Assembly (NCBI GenBank): GCA_033391075.1
Contig: JAWPMV010000004.1
Span: 182,642-246,641, forward strand
Direction of reading: 5' to 3'
Length of the DNA: 64,000 nucleotides
Origin: Bacteroidia bacterium
Lineage (GTDB): Bacteria > Bacteroidota > Bacteroidia > J057
A program made the translations under genes and the position numbers. This document shows, one piece after another, positions 34,868 through 43,864 of the stretch (position 1 is the stretch's first letter; each line of letters begins with the position of its first letter). Below the pieces are notes generated by a model. It saw only the letters and a list, made by a program, of their open reading frames with translations, did not search any database and had not been told where the DNA came from.

Positions 34868-37204
34868 ATGCTAGAAAGAAGTAAAAGGCAGTTGGCAGCG
34901 GTGATGTTCACAGATATTGTGGGCTATACAGCCTTGATGCAGGCAGATGAGGATAAAGCAGCAAAAGTACGGGCAAAGCACAGGTCAGTTTTTGAAAGAG
35001 AGCATCAAAGTCATCAGGGAGAGATTCTTCAGTATTATGGGGATGGAAGCCTGAGTGTTTTTAAAAGTGCGGTTGAGGCTGTCGAATGTGCAATTGCTTT
35101 ACAACTTCAACTTCAATCCGGACTTGAGGTACCCATACGGATTGGCATTCATTTGGGAGACATCGTTTTTGACAAAACAGAGGTCTATGGAGATGGGGTG
35201 AATTTTGCCTCAAGGATAGAGAGTATGGGAGAAGCCGGGGCCATTCTTGTGTCTGATAAACTTAATGACGAACTCAAGAATCACGCACATATTTCAACCA
35301 TTTCTTTAGGAGAATTTAGCCTAAAGAATATCCTTGAAACGGTTGAGATATTTGCAGTGAGCAATGAGGGAATCCGCATACCGGATATAGCAGAATTGAA
35401 AGGCAAGGGGAAGAGAAAACAGGATATGAAAAGTATTGCTGTTTTGCCCTTTGTGAATATGAGCAATCAGGAAGATAGTGAGTTCTTTAGTGATGGAATT
35501 ACAGAGGAAATAATTAATGCCCTTGCTAAGATCGAGCAGTTAAAAGTTACCTCTCGTACCTCTTCTTTTTACTTTAAGAACAAGCAAATTCCCCTCAGCC
35601 AGATTGCCAAGGAACTCAAGGTTTCTACCATATTGGAAGGAAGTGTCCGAATTCATAGAGATGCCATCCGTATCACGGCTCAGTTGATTCAGGCAGATGA
35701 GGATTATCACTTTTGGTCAGAAACATGGGATCGAAAGCTGGAAAATATCTTCGACATACAGGATGAGATCAGTTTGCTGATAGCAGATAAATTGCGGGAG
35801 CATTTCGGCCACTTTGAAATCATGGACAGACTGGTAGACCGACAAACCCAGAGCATAACTGCCTATGAATATTCCCTCAGAGCCAAATACTACCAAAATA
35901 AATGGAATCCAGAGGATTCAAAAAAAGCCATAAGTCTGTATGAAAAAGCTTTGGAGATAGATCCTCAGCATGCACAGTCCTATGTAGGAATGGCGGATTG
36001 TTATAGTTTTCTGGGCACGACGGGTTTTCTTCCTTTCAATGAAGCCTGGAAAAAATCACATACCTACACCCTGCAAGCCTTCAAATTAAATAGGCAATTG
36101 TCAGATGTGTATTATCAGTTAGGCAATGAGGCCTTTTTCATCGAGGTCGATTTTCGGAAGGCTTTGATGAACATGAAACAAGCCCTCATTCTCAATCCCA
36201 ATAATGCAGAGGCTCAGCAAATCATTGCCTATTTCTATATCGTTTCGGGAGAAAAGGAAAAAGCCCGAGAACATCTGGATATTGCTAATAGGATCAATCC
36301 TTTATCCGATGAAAATCACTTTTGGAATGCTCTGTATCATTACACCTTTGAAAACTATGGTGAAGCCCTGAAGCTCCTGAATATTTGTTTGGAATCTAAT
36401 GATAAGAACATACCGGCCCATGCTGTCAAAACCATGGCCCTCCTGAAAATGAAAGCATTTGATGAGATCATTAATTATTATGATCAGGTACCTCAAGAGA
36501 TTGTGGTCATTCAGGAGAAAACAGGGATACTTACGCTTGCTTATGCCTTGAAGGGAGATAAGCAGAAAGAAGAAGAACACCTGGAACTTTTAAAAACGAA
36601 GGCTAAGGAAGTTGTGGGGCAAACCGCTGATGGCTATTTATTCATGTATTACGCCAATACGGGGCAGTTTGATAAGGCTTTTGAGTGGGTAGAAAATGCC
36701 TTGAAAGGAAAAGCTTCTATGCTCTTACTCAGGTATGGAGATCCTTTGGTTGAAAATCTTCGGACGGATCCTCGATATACCGCCTACAAAGCCAGGATTT
36801 ATCAACTAGGAGAATCTTTGCCTGAGGAGAAACAAAAGAAAGCCTTATTGGACGAAAGTCAGGCGAAACATTTTACGGAGCTCCTGTTGAAGTATATTGA
36901 AACGGATCGCCCTTATCTAGATCCTGATTTATCGCTTCGTTCTCTTGCCGAACAGCTAAGCATTCATCCCAACCAATTGTCCTGGCTCCTAAATGAGCAT
37001 CTGGACAAGAACTTCAATGATTTTATCAATCATTATCGGGTAGAGACCTTCAAATCCCTCCTCTTAGATCCCAAAAATTCTGCGATAACCATCATGGGCC
37101 TCGCTTTTGAAAGTGGCTTTAATTCCAAAACTACCTTCAATACCTTTTTCAAAAAGGAAACGGGCATGACGCCTCGCCAATTCCAAAAATTCCAGCAAGC
37201 ATAG
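34868..37204 (+). CDS. class III adenylate/guanylate cyclase domain - TolB_N-like - TPR - AraC HTH fusion protein
   Basis: Cyclase motifs are AVMFTDIVGYTAL, YYGDGSLSVF and YGDGVNFASRIES. These are followed by SIAVLPFVNMSNQEDSEFFSDGITEEII, multiple TPR-like repeats, and a C-terminal AraC HTH (LRSLAEQLSIHPNQLSWLLNEH...LAFESGFNSKTTFNTFFKKETGMTP). Confidence 0.85.
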   Translation: MLERSKRQLAAVMFTDIVGYTALMQADEDKAAKVRAKHRSVFEREHQSHQGEILQYYGDGSLSVFKSAVEAVECAIALQLQLQSGLEVPIRIGIHLGDIVFDKTEVYGDGVNFASRIESMGEAGAILVSDKLNDELKNHAHISTISLGEFSLKNILETVEIFAVSNEGIRIPDIAELKGKGKRKQDMKSIAVLPFVNMSNQEDSEFFSDGITEEIINALAKIEQLKVTSRTSSFYFKNKQIPLSQIAKELKVSTILEGSVRIHRDAIRITAQLIQADEDYHFWSETWDRKLENIFDIQDEISLLIADKLREHFGHFEIMDRLVDRQTQSITAYEYSLRAKYYQNKWNPEDSKKAISLYEKALEIDPQHAQSYVGMADCYSFLGTTGFLPFNEAWKKSHTYTLQAFKLNRQLSDVYYQLGNEAFFIEVDFRKALMNMKQALILNPNNAEAQQIIAYFYIVSGEKEKAREHLDIANRINPLSDENHFWNALYHYTFENYGEALKLLNICLESNDKNIPAHAVKTMALLKMKAFDEIINYYDQVPQEIVVIQEKTGILTLAYALKGDKQKEEEHLELLKTKAKEVVGQTADGYLFMYYANTGQFDKAFEWVENALKGKASMLLLRYGDPLVENLRTDPRYTAYKARIYQLGESLPEEKQKKALLDESQAKHFTELLLKYIETDRPYLDPDLSLRSLAEQLSIHPNQLSWLLNEHLDKNFNDFINHYRVETFKSLLLDPKNSAITIMGLAFESGFNSKTTFNTFFKKETGMTPRQFQKFQQA

Positions 37205-37300
37205 CGTCCCGAATCTCAATTTGTTCGGATTTATAATCCCGAACGATTCTCTCCTGCCTGTTCTTCATATTTGTATCATCAATCATTTAACAATACAAAC

Positions 37301-38281
37301 ATGGAGAAAATGAAAGCAGTAGAATACGAAAATTATGGAGGCCCCCAGGTAATGAAGCTGAAAGAAGTATCCAAACCTGAACCCCAGGACAATGAAATCC
37401 TGCTTAGGATTCACGCCACATCCGTTACGGCAACTGAAGCAACCTTCAGAAAAGGAGAACCCTACTTTTCCCGACTTTTCACGGGAATCCAAAAACCCAA
37501 AATCAAGCGATTAGGAGAAGAATTGTCGGGTGTTGTAGAAGCCGTAGGAAAGGATGTGAAAAAATTTAAAGTCGGAGATGAAGTATTTGGTACAGCAGGT
37601 CCTGGCTTTGGCGCAAATGCTGAATATCTCTGTGTAGCCGAAGAAGGCGTATTGACTTTCAAACCCGAAAATCTCAGCCATGCAGAAGCTGCTGCCAGTG
37701 TGGATGGTTTTCTGACAGCCTTGCCTTTCCTCCGAGATCAGGGCGAAATCAAAGCCGGACAGGAAGTTTTGATCTATGGTGCTTCCGGAAGTGTAGGTTC
37801 AGCAGCCGTACAGGTAGCCAAATATTATGGAGCAAAGGTTACGGCTGTTTGCAGTACTGCCAATGTAAAACTAATGGTCGAGATCGGTGCGGATAGGGTA
37901 GTGGATTATAAAAAAGAGGATTTTACTCAGCTTGGCAGAAATTATGACATCATATTCGATGCGGTTGGCAAAACAACTTTCTCCAAATGCAAAGATTCGC
38001 TAAAAGAGGGAGGGATCTTTCTGGAAGCGGGTATGAGCCTGTCGGGATTTGGCCCGGTACTATGGACAGCTATTTTTGGGCGAAAGAAAATGCGGATTGC
38101 AGCTACTGGTTTACGCGCTCCACATTTGCGCTTGAAAGATTTGGAACTGCTAAAAGAGTTATTGGAAAAGGAAAGTATAAAAGCCGTGATTGATCGAAGC
38201 TATCCCCTGGAACAAATTGCAGATGCTCATGCCTATGTGGATTTGGGTAGAAAAAAAGGGAATCTGGCGATTGTGATTTAG
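37301..38281 (+). CDS. NAD(P)-dependent MDR-family oxidoreductase (quinone reductase/alcohol dehydrogenase-like)
   Basis: GroES-like N-terminus (MKAVEYENYGGP...) and a Rossmann motif (VLIYGASGSVGSAAVQVAK). ATG at 37301 is preferred over TTG at 37271. Confidence 0.85.
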   Translation: MEKMKAVEYENYGGPQVMKLKEVSKPEPQDNEILLRIHATSVTATEATFRKGEPYFSRLFTGIQKPKIKRLGEELSGVVEAVGKDVKKFKVGDEVFGTAGPGFGANAEYLCVAEEGVLTFKPENLSHAEAAASVDGFLTALPFLRDQGEIKAGQEVLIYGASGSVGSAAVQVAKYYGAKVTAVCSTANVKLMVEIGADRVVDYKKEDFTQLGRNYDIIFDAVGKTTFSKCKDSLKEGGIFLEAGMSLSGFGPVLWTAIFGRKKMRIAATGLRAPHLRLKDLELLKELLEKESIKAVIDRSYPLEQIADAHAYVDLGRKKGNLAIVI

Positions 38282-38302
38282 ATCTGCCAGATTCCCAGGG
38301 CC

Positions 38303-38980
38303 TCAGCCCGCTACTTTGATTATCTTACTTATCGTATAGCCATCGGTAACATTTCCCCCAATGGTATCTACAATATTGCGGCTCAAAGAATCCCTGAATG
38401 ATCCGTCACGATTATTGGAAGTGTCGAAATCTCCTTTGTAATCGGAAGTTGCATATACCTCATTCGAAATGTCTTCCGGAAAGGCAACCTGACTGACCAA
38501 AAGGGAATTCTCATTGCCATCCAGAATTTCAATATGGAGGTGAGGAGCCCTGCCCGGATACCAACCTGGATAGATACTAATGAAGGAGGCAGTCCCATTT
38601 GCATTCGTTTTTTGCCTTCCCCTGAGAAAGTGATCACTGGTGAAATTCCCATCCAGCTGTCCGTCATACTCAGAATAATTTCCCTGAGCATCACATTGCC
38701 AGATATCAACAAAGACATCAGCCAGTGGTGCACAATTGTCATTGGTATTCTGAACGATAAAAGTCATCATCAAAGGTATTCCAGAGCGATCTCCTATGAT
38801 ATTTTCTCGCACCCAATCTGCGGGTGATTTTATAGGAAATGGTCCGGCAATTTCGCTGGGGGTAACATTGCAGGAGGAAGGATCAACATTTCCTTCTTCA
38901 CAACCCGTTAAGACCGAAGGTATTGCAAAAATAGAACTAAGCCCCCAGGCTCCTTTGCGTAAGAATTTTTTTCTATTCAT
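38303..38980 (-). CDS. intradiol ring-cleavage dioxygenase-like lipoprotein
   Basis: Signal MNRKKFLRKGAWGLSSIFAIPSVLTGC, with EIAGPFP, WQCDAQGNYS and IYPGWYPGRAPHLHIEI (Tyr/His iron-ligand pattern of intradiol dioxygenases). Confidence 0.7.
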   Translation of the reverse strand: MNRKKFLRKGAWGLSSIFAIPSVLTGCEEGNVDPSSCNVTPSEIAGPFPIKSPADWVRENIIGDRSGIPLMMTFIVQNTNDNCAPLADVFVDIWQCDAQGNYSEYDGQLDGNFTSDHFLRGRQKTNANGTASFISIYPGWYPGRAPHLHIEILDGNENSLLVSQVAFPEDISNEVYATSDYKGDFDTSNNRDGSFRDSLSRNIVDTIGGNVTDGYTISKIIKVAG

Positions 38981-39082
38981 AATTTTCCTGTAGAAGTATT
39001 GTGATATACCTATTAGACATCGGGAGAAAGCTCCTTCCCCCATCCAAGGGAAGATTTTTTCAAGGATATGTCTCCCTTTTTA

Positions 39083-40555
39083 TCAGAGTACCTTTTTCAA
39101 TATACCAATGGCATTACTTGCTTCTTCCTCGCTAAGAGAGGCAAATCCCATTCGAATGGCGTTTAAATGATTGTTTTTGTCATCGTGAAAAACGGATTTA
39201 GAAATAACCAGGCCTTTCGTTAAAGACTTTTTCCGCAAGTCGGGCAAAGAAATAGCCGGATCAAATTTCACCCAGGCTGCCATTCCTCCTTCCGGATCGT
39301 CAAATTCGATAGCGCTTCCCAATTCTTTGCGAAGGAGTTGGCAAAAATGATCTCTGCGTTCGTGGTATTTTTTGAGCGCCTTTTTGAAATAACGCTTGAT
39401 CTCTCCCTCATCGAATAGCATAGAAATTGCCCGTTCCATCACGATATTTCCATGACAATCTATAAAACGACTTAGCCGGCTGATATGTCGAATCAATTCT
39501 TTGCTTGCAACGATAAAACCCATCCGTAAAGCCGGAGCGATGGTCTTGCTCAGAGAACCCACATAGATCACATGCCCACTTTTATCAAGACTAGCCATAG
39601 GCAGGATTGGACTACTATTGTAATGAAAGTCATAGTCATAATCATCCTCTATGATGGCAAATCCATATTGATGGGAAAGCGTCAATAATTTCATCCGCCG
39701 ATCCGCTCGTAGAGAAACGGTTGTTGGATTATGGTGGTGAGGCATGATAAAGACAGCTTTGATTCTCTCTCGTTGACAAGTCCGCTCAATCTCATCAACA
39801 TCTATCCCGTAATCATCGACAGGCACTTCCAGAATCTCTCCGCCAGCGATTCGGATAATATTATTTGCTACCTGGAAGCCCGGAACTCCTACGATAACTT
39901 TATCCCCTGTTTGCAAAATTATTTGAAAAATATTGAAAAATGCCATGAGACTTCCTCTTGTGATCATAAGGTTATCTATATCTATCTGAATGCTTCGACT
40001 AGCTTGTAGATGTTGAACCAACTGCGTCCTTAAATTAAGGTCCCCGCAAAAATCAGTACTGTAATTCATGAGTCGATTTGACCGCTTCCCTTTCATCAAG
40101 CTGCTTAAATTACTGGATAGCGATACGAGCGGTGCGAGCCGGATATCCGGATAACCTGCATCAATTACCAAAGGTTCAGCCCTGAATGGGTCCGGTTCAA
40201 AATGAGAGAGATAGGAAAACTGATCCTCAAATTCGAAAGGAGTATGAGAAATCTGCATGGGATAGTCTGCATCCGCAAACTGTCTGGGATGAAGCTGGGG
40301 TAAAATAGAACTGACATAGCAACCGCTATTTAGTTTAATCTCCAACCATCCTTGTGATTCTAATTCTTCATAGGCCGTAATCACTGTTCTCCGATTGATG
40401 GCTAATAATGCCGCCATTTTCCTGCTTCCCGGCAATTTATGACCCGCTTGGATCATGCCTGCATGGATATTTTTGATCAATGCATTGGACAATTGAAGGT
40501 ATAGAGGGGTTCTGGAGGAACGATCCAGATGAAGCATGGTTTTAAAAGGAAGCAT
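39083..40555 (-). CDS. MocR/GabR-type regulator (GntR wHTH + PLP-dependent aminotransferase-like domain)
   Basis: N-terminal GntR HTH (PLYLQLSNALIKNIHAGMIQAGHKLPGSRKMAALLAINRRTV) and a fold-type-I aminotransferase body with the Lys motif region (YVGSLSKTIAPALRMGF). Confidence 0.9.
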   Translation of the reverse strand: MLPFKTMLHLDRSSRTPLYLQLSNALIKNIHAGMIQAGHKLPGSRKMAALLAINRRTVITAYEELESQGWLEIKLNSGCYVSSILPQLHPRQFADADYPMQISHTPFEFEDQFSYLSHFEPDPFRAEPLVIDAGYPDIRLAPLVSLSSNLSSLMKGKRSNRLMNYSTDFCGDLNLRTQLVQHLQASRSIQIDIDNLMITRGSLMAFFNIFQIILQTGDKVIVGVPGFQVANNIIRIAGGEILEVPVDDYGIDVDEIERTCQRERIKAVFIMPHHHNPTTVSLRADRRMKLLTLSHQYGFAIIEDDYDYDFHYNSSPILPMASLDKSGHVIYVGSLSKTIAPALRMGFIVASKELIRHISRLSRFIDCHGNIVMERAISMLFDEGEIKRYFKKALKKYHERRDHFCQLLRKELGSAIEFDDPEGGMAAWVKFDPAISLPDLRKKSLTKGLVISKSVFHDDKNNHLNAIRMGFASLSEEEASNAIGILKKVL

Positions 40556-40975
40556 AACTGGTCTACATGATTTATAAAAACTGGAGTAGTCTACTGCTCC
40601 AGTTAAGCTATACTTTTATTCTGTACTTCACTACTGGATGGTAGATTTTCTTTCCCCGAACTGGAAAAATAGGGAATAGAACCCCATTCGGTCTTGAGTT
40701 TTGGACCTTCTAAATCAGATAAAATGAAAACTCATCACACTTCACAAACAGATACCCAAAAGCCCCTGGCAAAGCATAGCATTTTTAGCCGGATAGTGAA
40801 ACTGATCAGAGTACTATTTATTTCGACTACTTATCTGAAAAGCTCCTATCGTCTGCTCAGTCTCAATAGGCAAACTCAGGCAAAACTTTCCCCGGATAAG
40901 GATATAAACGCCCAGCAAAATCGCAATGTATATGAACGTTATGGGCGGCTCCCACAGGCTCTGGTTCTTTTCAAA

Positions 40976-43156
40976 ATGTTGGCTCTTCTTTTTTGTACTT
41001 CTCAAACGGTCTACGCACAAAATCAAATTCTACAGGCTCAAAAAATTGACCATCAGATAATTCTGGATGGCAAGGTTACGGAACAGGAATGGGCAAATGT
41101 AGAAATCATTCCTTTAAGCCAAAAGGTGCCCAATGCCGGAGATCCTCCTACACAGAAAACAGAAATTCGTCTTGCTTACGATGAAGATTACCTCTACCTA
41201 TCCGGGAGGATGTTTGACTCAGAAGTTGATAAAATTGTGGCAAACAGTAAAAAACGGGATGATTTTACGGAAAATAGCGAATGGTGTGGTTTGCTCATTG
41301 ATTCTTACAATGATAGAGAAAATGCACTGGCTTTCTTTGTAACCCCTACGGCTTCAAAACTGGATATGGCTTTGGCAAATGATATACAGGGATTGGGTGC
41401 TTTCAATCTAAGTTGGAATGCCTATTGGGATGCAGCTGTGACCCGAACGGAAGAGGGATGGTTTGCTGAAATGCGGATACCCTGGACGACGCTCCCCTTT
41501 GAAGAAAAAGAAGGTAAGGTGATCATGGGCATTACGACCTGGCGATACCTGGCCCGAAATGATGAAACGGATATTTTTCCTCCCAGAGATTTGTCTACTG
41601 GTAGTTCCTTTCGCCCCTCTCTGACTCAAAGGTTTGAGTTTTCAGCAATCAACTCCAAAAATCCTATTCATATTACGCCCTATATTTTGGGGGGAATGGC
41701 TCGGACTACAGAATATATTCCTAATCCTGAATCTTACCATACCCAGACTGCTATAAAAAAGGAAGTTGGTCTGGATGCGAAAATTGCCTTGAGTAGTAAT
41801 GCGACTTTAGATGTTTCGCTCAATACTGACTTTGCACAAGTAGAAGCAGATGATCAGCAGATAAATCTGAGTAGGTTAAATATATTCTTTCCAGAAAAAC
41901 GACTCTTCTTCCAGGAAAGAGCAGGTTTGTTTGATTTCAATTTTGGAAGCTATGATAAATTATTTCACAGTCGGAGGATAGGTATTGTAAATGGGGCTCA
42001 GACCAGGATTTTTGGAGGCTTAAGAGCCGTAGGAAAATTTGGAAATTGGGAGAGCGGCTTTCTATCAATGCAAACGGCGGCACATGAGGAGCTTGGTTCT
42101 GAGAATTTCACAGTATTTCGACTCAGAAAAAGAGTGTGGAATGAAAATTCGAACATTGGCTTAATCTATACGAATCGTGCCGACTTTAAGGGGGATTTTA
42201 ATTCTGTCTATGGGCTTGATGCAAATATCCGCTTTCTTCCGCAAAACTTTCTCTCCTTTAGATGGGCTCAAAGTTTTACGGATGGGCAAGAGAATAAGCT
42301 CAACTCTTTAGATGCAAGTAAGTTTTATGTAGAAGTGGCCAAACGCTCACAAAAAGGCTTTACCTATAATGTCAATTATGGTAGGTCCGGAAAAGAGTTT
42401 GTCCCGGGTATAGGATTTGAGCATCGACATGATTTCCAGAAACTGGCTGCAAATCTTTCCTACAATATGTTTCCCTCAAGGGAGTCAAAGATTGTGCAAT
42501 CGGGGCCTTACATCCTGGCTGATTTGACCTGGGGAAATGAAAACAGGATTTTGGAATCCAGATTTATTCACCTGGGGTACAATGTGCTGAGTAAATCAGG
42601 CTATAGCTTCGATCTTCTCTTACAGGCAGATGCAGAGGAACTTCTATATGAATTGCCGCTGACTCATGATATTGCTTTAGAACGTGGAAAATATCAATTC
42701 AATTCTCTCCATGCTTCAGTTAGTAGCCCGAGTTCGCAAGGCTTCTCCTATTTTGCCAGTCTTTCGAGCGGAGGTTTTTATCATGGTAAAAAGAGTACCA
42801 TTCTGTTTGCACCGGCAGTCAATATTACCCCTGATTTGATTCTGGAAGGAAATTATGAATACAATCTTCTCCATTTTCCCTCTGAAGCCGCAGCTATTCA
42901 TGTACAATTGAGTAGGCTAAAATTCCTGTACACCTTTAGCACCAAATTGAGCCTTAGTGCCCAATTACAACATAATAACGTTTCCAAATCTTATCTGGCC
43001 AGTTTGAGGCTCCGCTTCAATCCCAAAGAAGGCAATGACTTCTATCTCGTCTATAATGGGGGACTCAATCAACAGACTGATCGCCGGAGTCCCTGGTTAG
43101 CCATGAGCAGCACACAAACGATTTTCCTCAAGTATAGCCATAGCTTTCATTTATAA
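40976..43156 (+). CDS. CBM9-like + DUF5916 domain outer-membrane/secreted protein
   Basis: Has IILDGKVTEQEWANVEII...EIRLAYDEDYLYLSGRMFD (CBM9/DOMON-like) followed by a long beta-rich body ending ...YSHSFHL. The start is uncertain: 40976 gives the signal-like MLALLFCTSQTVYAQ, while the track start at 40694 (TTG) and the ATG at 40724 add an implausible leader. Confidence 0.6.
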   Translation: MLALLFCTSQTVYAQNQILQAQKIDHQIILDGKVTEQEWANVEIIPLSQKVPNAGDPPTQKTEIRLAYDEDYLYLSGRMFDSEVDKIVANSKKRDDFTENSEWCGLLIDSYNDRENALAFFVTPTASKLDMALANDIQGLGAFNLSWNAYWDAAVTRTEEGWFAEMRIPWTTLPFEEKEGKVIMGITTWRYLARNDETDIFPPRDLSTGSSFRPSLTQRFEFSAINSKNPIHITPYILGGMARTTEYIPNPESYHTQTAIKKEVGLDAKIALSSNATLDVSLNTDFAQVEADDQQINLSRLNIFFPEKRLFFQERAGLFDFNFGSYDKLFHSRRIGIVNGAQTRIFGGLRAVGKFGNWESGFLSMQTAAHEELGSENFTVFRLRKRVWNENSNIGLIYTNRADFKGDFNSVYGLDANIRFLPQNFLSFRWAQSFTDGQENKLNSLDASKFYVEVAKRSQKGFTYNVNYGRSGKEFVPGIGFEHRHDFQKLAANLSYNMFPSRESKIVQSGPYILADLTWGNENRILESRFIHLGYNVLSKSGYSFDLLLQADAEELLYELPLTHDIALERGKYQFNSLHASVSSPSSQGFSYFASLSSGGFYHGKKSTILFAPAVNITPDLILEGNYEYNLLHFPSEAAAIHVQLSRLKFLYTFSTKLSLSAQLQHNNVSKSYLASLRLRFNPKEGNDFYLVYNGGLNQQTDRRSPWLAMSSTQTIFLKYSHSFHL

Positions 43157-43189
43157 TTCAATAGGATTTACCTCAATTTTATCAAAAAT

Positions 43190-43708
43190 ATGATAGTTAC
43201 AGATCTACAAAAGCAAGAGTATGATGAGAATACAGCCCACTACCTGGGGCTTGTACCGGAAGGAGAACTCCTGGACTTAATGCAAAAGCATATGTTGTTT
43301 TGCATAGAGTTTTTCTCCAAGATTCCCGAAGACAAATGGGCGTATCGGTATGCCCCCAATAAGTGGAGTGTTCAGGAGGTTTTACAGCACATGATCGATA
43401 CAGAACGGATTTTTGCCTATCGGGCGCTAAGATTTGCACGAAATGACCAAAGCCATCTGCCGGGATTCGAAGTAGATGATTATGTGTCGCCTGCTAAAGT
43501 TCATTTACGTCCCGTTAAGGATATGATCGAAGAGTACCGCTTTTTAAAAATGTCGAATATTCAGTTCTTCAAGAGTCTTGACAGGGAGATGCTCCTGCGT
43601 TCAGGCATGGCAAGTGGCTACGAAATCTCTGTTCGCGCAATAGGTTTTAAACTCATTGGGCATGAGATTCACCATACAAAGGTGCTGGTCGAACGCTATT
43701 TAAGCTAA
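43190..43708 (+). CDS. DinB-family protein
   Basis: Has KWSVQEVLQHMIDTERIFAYRAL and a C-terminal GHEIHHTKVLVERY His motif. Confidence 0.8.
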   Translation: MIVTDLQKQEYDENTAHYLGLVPEGELLDLMQKHMLFCIEFFSKIPEDKWAYRYAPNKWSVQEVLQHMIDTERIFAYRALRFARNDQSHLPGFEVDDYVSPAKVHLRPVKDMIEEYRFLKMSNIQFFKSLDREMLLRSGMASGYEISVRAIGFKLIGHEIHHTKVLVERYLS

Positions 43709-43800
43709 TCGGAGATCAGAAAAAAGCGCATACAAATGGTGCAATTTCTATGCATGTCTCCTGCAGGCAGAAAGCAGAAATTATTTTCAATAAACACCTA

Positions 43801-43836
43801 TTGCCAAAGCCTGAATACGTATTCAGGCTTTGGCAA
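43801..43836. terminator. perfect 36-bp palindrome between convergent genes (terminator or protein-binding site)
   Basis: TTGCCAAAGCCTGAATACGTATTCAGGCTTTGGCAA is exactly self-complementary. There is no strong U-tract on either side. Confidence 0.5.
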
Positions 43837-43864
43837 TTCCATTGAGGAAAAGGAAGGTTTGCCG

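Noticed and set aside
40694-40975. N-terminal 94-aa extension of the DUF5916 protein (track start TTG 40694 / ATG 40724).
   Set aside because: The extension is basic and low in complexity, with no signal peptide. A signal-like MLALLFCTSQTVYAQ begins at 40976. I kept this as an uncertainty rather than a feature.
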